Source: Glycera tridactyla (Eukaryota). Taken from it: a DNA stretch of 64,000 nucleotides. The stretch lies in contig OZ286473.1 of the NCBI GenBank assembly GCA_965644265.1, positions 22,382,001-22,446,000 of the forward strand, given 5' to 3'. The notes beneath the pieces were generated by a model. That model ran no database searches, was not told the origin of the DNA, and saw only the letters and a program-made list of their open reading frames with translations. The translations under genes were made by a program, and so were the position numbers. This document shows positions 14,401-27,200 of this stretch, piece after piece. Numbering within the stretch: the stretch's first letter is position 1; each line of letters begins with the position of its first letter.

Positions 14401-17400
14401 CTCCCATCCAATATAACAGCAGTGCTTCCTAATAGTGTTTTCACCAAGGCCTAGGATCTGCCGGGATATGGATTTGACCCTACTCAGTTCAGTCAGAGTT
14501 ACATGTCATCATATATGACCTTGATTGTAGTGCGAGGAATTAGTCCTCACTTATTAAATCGATTTTTGGAAATGATTTCAATCAATTATCAAGTGTTGGC
14601 TCTGGGGTATGTCTAAAGTGAGACATTTGTCTCACCACTATTCAAAATGTGAGACAGTTTACCCAAATATGAATCAAGTGTTTGCTCTGGGGTTGGGACT
14701 GAATTGAGACATTTGTCTCGCCACTCTTCAAAATGTGAGACATTACACTCAAATGCAAGACAAATGTCTCACAATCTCCCCTCATATCCAACACTGATTA
14801 TTTGACCATGATAGATGTTAGCTGTTACTTAAAGAACACAGATTTTGTGACAAGGGGATGGGGGGTAATACAGCTTTAGATGCGGGAAGGCGTGATTTCA
14901 TCTGTGAAAAGAGTCACAAGAAACTTGAGAGTGAAATGCAGACAGATCTTTGTAAGAAAATGACAGACATGCATCATCAGGGTTTGACATTAAGGGTTTT
15001 CCCATTGCCCAGGACAGGTAGAAATCCATTGCGGAAAAAAGTATATTCTCCAACCAACTTGTCCGCTGGACAACTTCTTCATGAACTATATCCAATATTT
15101 AGTTGGACAAGTGAATTTCGTGGGCGGACAAATCATTCTATGTCACTTGTCTGGATGCACAGGTGGCTGAAAGCCTTAATGTCAAGCCCTGATCATGAGT
15201 TCTGTCTGGCTAGAATCGAATGCATTAATATTGATTCCAATGAAGTAACTAGAATCTGCACTCATTGCGATACGGTTAAATCAATTTCCGAAGGATTCAT
15301 CTCACCACCACTTGATTCGTTCTCATTTGATTTGATAATTATGGTGATCTAGATTTACCCCCGGTAATGACCAGCACACCTGGCATGAAAAATCTGCTTC
15401 GAAAACCAATATTTATTCAACATTTCCTGAAAGATGAAATATTTGTCTGTGATGGCGCTCTCAGGCATTGATCGGTGCAATGGGTTAAAGCCGACTTCAA
15501 TACTAGTCACATACATATGCCCTGGTATTTGCATGATCTCGTTCAGGCCCAGTACTTCCATAACAGTGTTGATCTGTTCATTATGTTGTGATACTACTTT
15601 GCATGCATATTGAATGATTTGTCTGTATGAGTCAGTGCTTGTTCATTGCTAATAAAAAATAACAGCATGGAATTCTTTTATGCAAGACCAACATTTTGTG
15701 TGGAAGGTCATGGAGAAGGGCAATTGAAAATGTTGAGGTGGTGAGATGAAAATTCTACCTTCATTACAGTAAAACCTGTCTATAGTGAAAAGTCACACGC
15801 CAGATTTTTCTTTTCACTGTAGACAGGATTTCACTATATACAGGTCAATTATAGTGAGAAAAAAACCGTTAGGGCCAGATTTTTCTTTTCACTGTTGACA
15901 GGATTTCACTGTGGACAGGATTTCACTATAGCAGGTTTTACTGTACTTAGGAGTAGGCCTAGTTTAGCTGACTAATCCAGTGTCCAACCCAATGAAGAAT
16001 CTGCCGTGGGTGAAATGACAAGATGTCCTGAAAAAGTGCTGATGGCACAAATGTCTTAGATTTGTCCTGGAAATACCTCTAGTGGAATAGACTGATTCCT
16101 GTTGCAGGGATAATTTTACGCTGTGCCCTGTGGCAAATGACACATACAGTTGTGAAATGGCACATTAAAACCATATATATTGTGCCCAGAAGGCACATGG
16201 AATTATCCATACTTCAATATGACTACATGGTTTGAGGCACACGTAAATCCGAAATGGCACATGAAATCTGCATCAATGTGCCCGGAAGACCCATACATAT
16301 TCCCAAGCAAGAAAATCCCTGCTGTTGCTTTGGACATGTTCTTGCTCACAAGTCTTGTTTGGGACAAGTTTGACTGTAGGTTTGACAGAGTCGCCACTTA
16401 TTGCAATTCCAGAGTCGTGATTATTCTTTTGGGGCCCAAATCTGGGCATTTCACGTGTACATGTAGTATTACTCCCCAGAACTTGGATCTTCTCATTCGA
16501 TCATTTATATTGCAATCATTAGTCTTAAAAGTTAGCATCCTTGGTATTGGCATCATGGACTGAACACGGAATATGGATGAGATGATGATTGATGTTTATC
16601 TTTTTATAGCATGGATGGTGTTTGGGATGATCGGTGCCTTCCTCTTCATCCTCATCCAGCTCATCCTCATCGTGGACTTCGCTCACGCATGGAACGAGAG
16701 ATGGGTCGAGAACTTCGAGGAATCTCAGAACAAGATGTGGTATTGCGGTGAGTAAATTCGATGACTGTCAACCAAGAGTTAGTTGGTCGCATGTCAATCA
16801 TCAGATAAGAATCTGGTGATCGAAACTTGGAAAAGCTCTTGAATCGTAAAGTGAATTTTAGGAAAATCAAAATCAAGATCGTTCTACTAATCCATTGGAG
16901 ATACTGGCGCTGCTTTTGTTTGAGCAAGCTGTCTTGTATGCTGAGCTATGTGGACTGCATCAGAAAAGCAGCTACACTTCCCACCAGTAGCTTACTCCAC
17001 TCCCCTATACAGAGAACCCAGTTGATCATGTGGCCATGCTCATGTTCGATTAATTTTGAGAAACTTTCATGTAACCGGAGATGGTCAAAATGAAACTATG
17101 TTTAACAATACACCACTGGAATGTTGAAATTACATCCTCTGTATGGAGCCCTGTGTCATCAAATGCGAATAAAACTACAAACCAACCAACTGTCCTGGAT
17201 TTTTTGCAGGTTTGTTGTTCTTCACCATCTTCTTCTACCTGGTGGCTATCACTCTGGTTGTCCTCTTCTACGTCTTCTACACCGATGGAAATGGGGTGAG
17301 TAAAATTACGTCAGTCAAACTCGCTTTCTTCTGGTCATCTCGGGTAAAATTCACCCACACAAAATTTACATGATTTCTTATGCCTTGCGGTTTCTTACAT

Positions 17401-20400
17401 GGCAAGGCATTATCAGTGTTTGAAATATGAAGGGCCCGAGATCCCACAGCAACCAGAAATGTGTCGGGGACTGATCACTATATATTGGGGCTTCATTGGG
17501 CCACCAGCTGTGTGGTACTCCTGTTTGGTTGTCATGGAAACTGCCTGCATCCATGATGTCAATCACCATCTGAAATAAAATTTGATCGATGACGTATACC
17601 TTTTTCACACAAATAAGCTCTTGAGGGGGCAATTCACAATGTTTTCTCTCATCAGTGAGGTCTAGATACTCAATTCAGTGTTGAAATAGCATGATTGTCC
17701 AGTACCCCAAATTCCCTCGAAATTTTCATGCTAATGAAATATCTATTTGGGCGACCAAACTTGAAATCTCTTAGCCTGGTAGGTAATTTTGGGCTTCTGA
17801 AATATCTATTCAGGCCACCAGCACTAGAAATCTGGTGGCCCGGTGGGCAACCATGGTTCTAAGATCATTTTGAACACTGATTATGTTCATAATTGACCAC
17901 ATTGCGGATGAGAACATGGATACTCACTTGATTTCTGGATGGATTAAAATCGAGCAATGAACATGGTTGTCATGGTATACAGAATATGTTTGACCAATGG
18001 ATATTGTCATTATGTTTGACCAATGGATATCATCATTATATTGTGGATTTGTTCATATTTTGTATTCAACTTGCAGGAGAGCCAGTGCCATATTCCCAAG
18101 TTCTTCATCAGCTTCAACCTGATCCTGTGTGTCATCGTCTCCGTCATCTCCATCCTCCCCAAGATCCAGGAAGGTGAGAATTGCCAGGCTATACCAAAGC
18201 TATACCCAGGGATGTGATTCTTCCGCGGACCCGCGGATTTCCGTGTTTCTGCTCAGAACCAGCAAGACATGCACATGCCAGCAAGACATTCTTTGCTGAT
18301 TATTCGGACCATTATTAGTGGAGATAGAGCACAGTGTTTGTATGGAGTTCCAGTAGCCTTCAGTCACCAGTTGCTTGGGTTTGTTGACCAACAAAATCTT
18401 GGTGCTCCCGGTCAGGTTTTCATTGTTTTTCTTTGTGAGCCAATCACATCCCAGTATACCATTTAGAGTTCAATATGAGTCTTGAAAATTCATTGGTGAT
18501 TATGGTGAAAACTACTTTCATTTCTGTGTGAGGATTCATTTTGAGGAACTCCTTGAATTTGGATGGACTCTTTGAAATCATCTTGTTGGATATGGTGATT
18601 TTGGTGAAATACTCCTTTAAAACTGCTTTAATGTCTACAAGATGATTCATTTTGAGAAACTCCTTGAATGCAGATGGACTCTGGGAATACGGTGAAATGA
18701 ACTGTAAAACATGAAGCACAGATTTATTTGTTTTTCTGACCTTTTCCTTGAATGCTGAGGGACTCTACAAGAACCCTTTGAATTTTCAAGTCTGTGGATA
18801 AGGTGAAATTAGTGGTAAAACATGTAGCACTGATTTATTTGTTTTTCTGACCTTTTTTCATGAAGAAAATGGCACATGTTAACCTTTGTATTTATCATAG
18901 ATACTTGAATTAGATATTGGCAAAATAGCATGAACCCTTATGCCAAAGTGGTGGTGGTTAGTGGGGGGGGGGGGGGGGGGTTATGAAACTGGTTATGGAA
19001 ATTAGGGTTAAGGAGTCTGGCTTCATTTTGGGTTGGGGTGGGGGTGCTGGAAAATTTCAGAACTCCGGCACATGCAATCCAACATACAGTCGGACCATCC
19101 TCTAAAGACCACCTCTCTATGAAGACCATTCTGAGCTGTGACCATGGTAGTATTTTCAATAGTAAATGACCACTTTAAAAGGCCACTTATTGTGAACTGT
19201 ACCTCCATGGTCATAGCTCAGGGTGGCCTTTATAGAGAGGTGGTCTTTATATAGAGGTGGTATTTAGAAGAGGTTCCCAGGGCTTATGTTTCTTTTCAAT
19301 TGACATTGCAGGAAATCCGCGCTCTGGTCTGCTGCAGTCCTCCATCATCACTCTGTACACGCTCTATCTGACATGGTCCGCTCTTATCAACAACACAGGT
19401 AAGTCCACTGAGATCCCGCTCTCTAACCCAGTGCATGCTGACTGGGATATCAAAAGCTGGCTGGGTGTATGGACGTCTATGCCCACATGCACGTAAAAGA
19501 AACACTGTTGTCCTTTGCAAAGGGTAGAGGATTGCCCCAAGCAGTGTTACTGCATCTCTTCAGCAGTTTCAGTTTTTCAGTCTGATATGACCCAAGAAGG
19601 TTGAAAGGATGTTACACCTAAGGGCTATTCCATTTAAAAAGGGGTGGGGGGGGGGGCGGTCAGGAGAAAATTTTCACCCTCCCCCACCCCCGCTTTTTGA
19701 TTATTCTGACCCTCCCCCACCCCCGCTTTCTAATTTTTCACCCTGCTTTCGGAAAGCGGTGACCCCCCACCCCCCGCTTTCAGCCCCTCACCCCCCCCCC
19801 CCCCCCCCCGCTTTCGATGTTAACACCCGAGAAGCAAGGTGAGAGGTGACAAATACGTCCAATTTCTTGATGATTGACATTATTCTAATGGTCAATCGCC
19901 ATTTCCAAGAATTACCGGGAATCTGTTGCCATTTTATCCCAAGAATCCATGATTAACGAAAAAATTCGCGCCAGAATTGAACTTTCATTCAAGATGGCGG
20001 CCGAATCCGGCAGTGCCCGTGATACAAATCAGACGTGCCCACCAGCATATCAAACGATTGCCGGTTTCGTCCTCGGGTTCTTAGTACTATATTCGCTGCG
20101 GAGCTGTCATTCACGATGCCATCTTGGAACGCATCGAACACGATGGAGAGTCCTCATTGGCCATAATAGTTGCAAGTTCCAACTAATGGACCTACGAGCG
20201 AGTGAATCCTGTAGAATTCTGGTGAAAACATCACGAAGAATATATAGAACAATAATTGAACTGAAAAATTCAAAGGGCAGGTCTCGCGCGATCAAATAAT
20301 GCTCGTCATCAGCGCCACCTAGCGTCATCAGCGAGAACCAGACTAATGACGGAAATTGCCGAAGATAGCTGAAGTTCACGAATGTCCGGGTCCTACAAAT

Positions 20401-22556
20401 TTTTCATGCGGCTTGCCGCAGTTCTTGTTCTGTCAATCAATCGCCATTTACGAGAGAAACCGGCATTTTTGGGGACATTTTATCGTATTAATCGTGTATC
20501 TATCGAAAAAGTTCACGCAGTTTGTTTACGTTGAGGCTGGTAACCAAGATGGCGGTGTCCATGATGTACGCGAGCCAGGTCGAACAGTCAACAATTTATT
20601 GACTAATCACTGCTAATAGTGGCCAGATTCAATGTTTTAGGTCGGTTTTCAACATGAAAATTCTGACTCCCGCCCCTCCCCCGCTTTTCGATTTTCCGAT
20701 CATCATACACCCCCCGCTTTTCGATTTTTCCCTAATATCGCCTTCCCCCCCCCCCCCCACCCGCGCTTTCAATTTCTCAGAGATTCCCCCACCCCCGCTT
20801 TTTCATTTCGTATCCAGACAGGCCCCCCCCCGTACGTTAATAAATGGAATAGCCCTAAACAAAGATACGATATCCTGCTCTCCTCTGCCGACTGGGTTGT
20901 CAAAGGTTGGAGCTGTCAGATAGTGTCATGCTCCTTCTAATTTTGCGAAGAGTAAGGAAAGTTCCCCGACAGGATTGCTCTATTCTTTAGCCAATAGTTA
21001 TTCTTATGAAGAAAAATTAAAAAATACCAAAAAATTGTAACAAGTCCATGGGATGAACCTCAAGTAGGAGATGCACCATTCTAAACTTATAGGATTATAA
21101 AACATCCTCATGAGATACCAGCCAATTACTGTTGAACCTGCCATAAACATACGCTTCTCTACTAAGAACCTTCCTTAAGGTACCATGCTGTATTTGACCC
21201 CACCAGAGTATTTTCACCTATTCACTTGTACTAAGCATGTACCTGTTGTAAACATGGACTTTTGGTTGATTTCAGACAAGAACTGCAACCCATCCCTGGA
21301 GGAGATCTTTGAAGGAAGTGACGGCACACAAACAACAACAACCAGCGGGAACTTTGACGCAACATCGATCGTTGGACTTGTCATCTTCATCATCTGTGTC
21401 CTCTACGCCAGGTAGGTTTCCACTCAATCTTACAGGGATGTGATTGTTCAGCGGATCTCCGGGTTTTGCAGCAGCAATCCATGCATATGGCAGAAAAGAG
21501 CATTTTATGCTGATTATTTTTAGCCAATCACATCCCTGATCTTCAACTCATCTGGAATTCTTGACCATCTGAGATGCCAACTGCTACTATTTGGGAGTAG
21601 CAACTACTCTTTTCAGGCCCTCTATTCTTGCAGTTCACGAGTGATGCTACTCTACAAAATCAAAATTTTCCTTGTTGAAAATTAGTTCACTGATACTCAC
21701 AGCTTGCTAGTCTGATGAGATGCTTCCAAGATCCATTTGCATCGCATCATCAGCTCCTGGCAATTGCGACTTCGCTGTTGCTTGACCACGTGACTTAAAT
21801 TTTTCTTATCATTCCATTTACTCTCTCAAATTGGCACTGCTACTATTTTTGTCTATCAGTGGTTGGCATCCCAGGACCATACAGATTTGAATTTAATGAC
21901 ATGAAGTATATTCTAGTCCTCTTCCACACCAAGAAAGCATGAAGAAAGAAACCAACAGAAGATCATTTGATTGAGACGATGAATAATATTTGTACTATTC
22001 GATGGTCTGTGATATGCATTCATTTACAGTGCAAAGATGGAATATGAAGGTGAATGCTTTCTTCATCATACTTTCAGTCACTGGTGATTCATTCCATGCA
22101 CAAGTGAAAAGCTATCCATCACATTTGGATTTGACAAACTTTACCTGAGCCAGCAAGCACGTGTTATAATAATGCTGTGCTCTGATCAGTGGTCTGCATC
22201 AAATCATCCCAAGTACAGGCTTTCTACAGGTCTCCATGAATATTGACAGACTCTTGATAACCACTTGAATTTGTACAAATTGCCAAAGTGGAAAACGCAC
22301 TGGAAATGGACACAACTCCTTTAATTTATCTCTGTGATGTATGAGATCACACCAGTGTGAGGCATGTCATCACATGCAAACATAAGTTTGCAGTGTCAAA
22401 TTATATATGAAGCACTGATGTATTAAATTTCTATGCTTTTGGAAGAGAAACAAATTTGCATTTCTATTTTTCTTGCAAATGATCCAAATTGCTCGGACAG
22501 TCCTTGGCTCTAATATTGATGAAGAACTCAGTAATACCTCATAACCAGGGATGCAT

Positions 22557-22595
<39 letters not shown>

Positions 22596-24205
22596 TGGGG
22601 GCATTTCACACAATTTGTCCAGTGTGGGCCCCTTTCCAAGGCAATCAGGGGCCATGATACCCCCTAAATCAACAAAAGGGTTCCACTCAGCCATGTTGAG
22701 TGAACTCAATTTGGGACATTCTGTGAACAAATGCCCCCTTTTCTCAAATTTAAAGGGCCCAATGCTCCCATTAAAAAATCCTGGATGCAACTCTGCATAA
22801 CCGACATGTACATGCAAACACTTCTATCTCAAATGACACAAACATATCGATGTGTGCTTGACATGGTATAGGGCTGCCAAGTATTCTGCATTTCCCGTAA
22901 CCATTACGATTTTTGCGGCAAACTCCGCAAGTTCCGATTTGCCGTCGCTGGTTACGATTTTTACATCCGCCGGCTAAAAATCCTGATAAATCGTTAAAAA
23001 CTGTGTAGAAATCCGGCTTTATTGCGCGAAAACACATAATCTGAGGGCGCCGCCATCTTGCGATGTTGTGGAGGTAGACTCGCGCGAGACTTCGAGGTGA
23101 TCCGATCGCAGTTCAGCGAATTAGCGAGAGATGGCGGGGTTTCATGAAAGATGCGAGTTTTGCAGCGCCACCCGTGTTGGTAGCGGAAATAATCCGAACT
23201 ATCGTAATTTGTCAAATTTGCGATAGATGGCGGGGTTCCACGCAAATTGTGAGTTTTACAGCGCCACACGTGGCGGCGACGGTATTTATCGGAACTATTA
23301 GACATAGGCCACTTTCCCACGGCATCATACAGTTTAATGTCATAATACCACTTCTATACATTGAGAAAGGTTACTGAAAATTGGTTACTGAAAATGGGCC
23401 CAGGTTACTGAAAATGGGGTCTCCGGGTACTGAAACCGATTTTCGGAGGTTGGCAGCCCTGATGGTATCATGATACATTATTGATGAATTTGACTGGTGC
23501 TGATGTAATTGACTGTGTCTGATGTTCGAAAAATGATGTGATTCATGATACACATTGCTGACTGAATGTACATGTCCTTATCAGAGCAGTTTGGTGTTTT
23601 AATGCTAATATTTGACGACATTGTATCTGTATATTGTATCGATATATCCAACTCATTCTCTTCTGATTGATCATTGGGAACAAAAGAGAGCTGATATTGT
23701 ACTTGTTTATATCGATCATGTAGGCAGCTGCAGTGATGTTTCCAGCCAAAAAATCGAGCGGGCCATTGGCCCGCTCAGCAGAAAAACAATGGGCCATTTT
23801 CAGGATTCAATGGGCCATTTTCAATATTTTGTGAGCCATTTCCAGGTTTGTAAAAAACAACTGTTTTTCCACAATATGACACACCCACCACCACCTACAC
23901 CTATCAACCACCACCCCCACATGGACCAACCACCAAGCACCCACACCATCCTCTCAGCATCAACTCCCCCCCCCACCACCACCACCAACCTGACTGTTTC
24001 TTTTATTTTGTGAAATCCTTATTCATACACTGAGTTGACAGCAGGAATTGAATGAGCTGATTTTAGTTGGCTCACTACATTTCTTGAGTAATGACACAAA
24101 ATAAAAGAGAATTCTGGAATACATATGAAGCCCATATCGAAGGTTAATGGTAATTTCTTTGTAGGCACACACAAACATGGACACACACACACACACACAC
24201 ACACA

Positions 24206-24245
<40 letters not shown>

Positions 24246-27200
24246 ACAGACACACAAGGGATGGACCCCAACATCTGGTTACCCAAGGATTACCCTCTCA
24301 TCAGGCGAGGGCCAACAGGAAATGTCTGTTGATGTTGTGGTAACATCCCAGTCATCAGCCCAGTCAACATTATCCCTGAGTATAGCCACTGTTAGTTTAT
24401 TGAGGAATTAATGGTGCGCCCAAGGAGGCACATGGAACTATTTGTTAGTGCGCCCATATCAACATGTAATACGCCATTGGCGCAATGGCGCTGCAAATAA
24501 ACTTCGCTGCAGCTGGTATGGTCAAATCAAATCAACTTTATTTAACCTTGTAAATTTAACATCTTTACAGATATGCATTTTATCCAAACATGGACATTTC
24601 CTGGTTGTCACTTGGAGGCTTTTATGTCTCAAAAAGGGGAGGGGGGGGGGGGTTTGGGGTTGCAAGGTGGAAGTAATTCTGTGTCCACTCTTGAATTCTG
24701 AGTGATACCTTGAACGGGCTATTCTAAATTGCCCCATGTCCTTCTTTTTGCTCATCTATACCAACTAATAGGATCTTTGCTCGACTTTCTTCGAGGTCCT
24801 CTAAATTCTATCTTCCCCTGTGAATACTGGATGTTGGGGAATGGGGGTTGACATTGACCCCCCTACCTGGTAATACTGTTTTCTTTTCCAGCGGCCCTCT
24901 CCCACTCAATTCCAAATTCCCTTCCAGTCCACACTGCCCCCCCCCCCCCCCAAGAAAATAATAATAATAATATTTCTTTAGGGTTCACAGAGTCATGAAG
25001 ATGTCTTGGAAATGTCTTGGAAACTAATTATACCTGACCACTATGACCCATGCTTTTAAAATAAATTAAATAGCACTTAACAGTGATGCCAATATTTTCT
25101 GAAAATTTCTCGGAATTCCGAAAATTGGGTACAAAATTGAAATTTTGAAATTGCAGCATTCTAGCTGGAAGTTTCAGAATACATACTTTTGAGGATATGA
25201 AGTGTAAGAAAATCCAACTACAGTCGAACCTGTCTATGAAGACCGCCTTCGGTCGCATAAAAAAAGCGGTCTTTATGGGCAGGTGGTCTTTATAGAGAGG
25301 TCATTTACTGGTGAAAATACTAACACGGTCGCAGCTCAGGCAGTCTTTAGAGAGGTGGTCTTTATAGAGAGGTGGTCTTTAGAGCAGGTTCGACTGTATA
25401 TTTCCAAAAAAAATTCTTCACCTTGTTGGCATCACTGACTTAATAGTGCACACAGTGAATATTGCATACTGTACGATACTGAAGAAGTAAAATAAAGTAA
25501 TGAACAGAGAAATGTATCGTAATAGAAATGACCAGCTGCCTTCATTAATATGTTTGTATCATATGAGCTGCTTCACATCTCTGTATCTTATCTATGTTTT
25601 TCTTCATGGAATCACAAATATATGGGATATATGTACCCCTTCGTTAGCCTTCTAGCTGGGCTGTAACATTCAGCTAGCTGTCACCTGTCTCGTCGGTGAA
25701 TTCACACTTTGTGTATCATTTGCCCTTGAAGCATTCGCTCGTCATCGCACACCCAGGTGGGTAAGATGACGCTCTCCTCCTCGCAGGAGCAAACTATCAT
25801 GGAGTCCAGCTCTGGTGAGTCGGCCAATATCGCCGCCGTCATCATTATCATAATCATCGATAGCTCGTTAACGCATCGTGACACGCCTAGCTCCATTCTT
25901 CTGCACCCCCACAGCAGCATCCCAGTGTGATACTGGTACGCGATGATACCAATTTTCCGAAAATATTTGGAATTCTGAAAAATTGGGTGAAAAGTTTGAA
26001 TCAAGAAATTGATGAAATCCGGATAAATGTTTCAGAACAGATACTGTTGGGAACGTGTTGGGGTAGCTTCAGGAAATCCAACCATATTTTACTCTTTAGA
26101 TAGACAGATATTCTATAGGTTGTCATTATGGCAGTTCATGAATGAAGCTACTCTGCAAAGTTTGGAATTTACTTCGATAATTTATCGCATATACTGGCAC
26201 AACCGCTCTTTGAAATCCCTTTTTTTGTCTTGATACGAAGCTCGATGGGAAGTATGGAATCCAACTTAGGGGTCAGCTGGCTCCTAAATATTTTGGCTCG
26301 GATTTAGTCCTGAAACCATTTGGAACATGCTGTGGTGGTCCAGGATAGTGGAGTTTGAATTTGAGGTTTTGCTTACCCACCTCGTGACATGTTGTGCATC
26401 CTCGTTGCCTTTGAATCGGCATATTACACCTCAGTACTTACAGTAATATATAGTTCTTAAGTTTTACATCCTAATATGGCATGCTGCATTTAATGTGATC
26501 CACCCTGTTTTTGTGTTCTCTAGGTATGTGTTTATATTGTACCAGTTTCTACTCTCATTGAACCTGAATGCTTCATCACGAGATTGAAATAGCGTTCACG
26601 GAACTCGGAAAACTCAGAAACGATTCAGATTTCAAATAGATCTAAAAAAATTATCGATTTTGGATCCACCTCAGTATTGCCATCAGTGTTCTGTCCATTT
26701 TATCACTGCATGTACAGTGAAACCTGCTCGAGAGTAAACCTGCGCTAGGCAAAATCCTGTCTTAAGCACATACCCCACAATCAGCCCGGTTGTTTTTTTC
26801 TCACTATAATTGTCCTGCGCTAAGCAAAATCCTGTCTTAAGTGAAAGAAAAATTTGGTCCCGTGACTTTTCACTTAAGACAGGTTTCACTGTATTCTATT
26901 TTGATCGTGGCCTCATGATTTATTTATCCATATATTATAATCAAGAATCTAATTATTCAGTTTGGTCATGGATGAGATTCGCTACATGCATGATTGAATG
27001 GTTGGGTATACGTATCCTCATATTACAGTGATGAAATTCCACAGAAATCATTAGAGTTTGAATTTGTTCATCTCAACCCATAAATTGTATAGTTGCCAAA
27101 TTTGGCCTCAGCTGCCAAAGTGTATACAACTTCTAGAGGCATGTAGAGGTCCTTCTGGAAAATTTACGAAAATATTTGCGGAAATGGTCAGTTTCTCACT

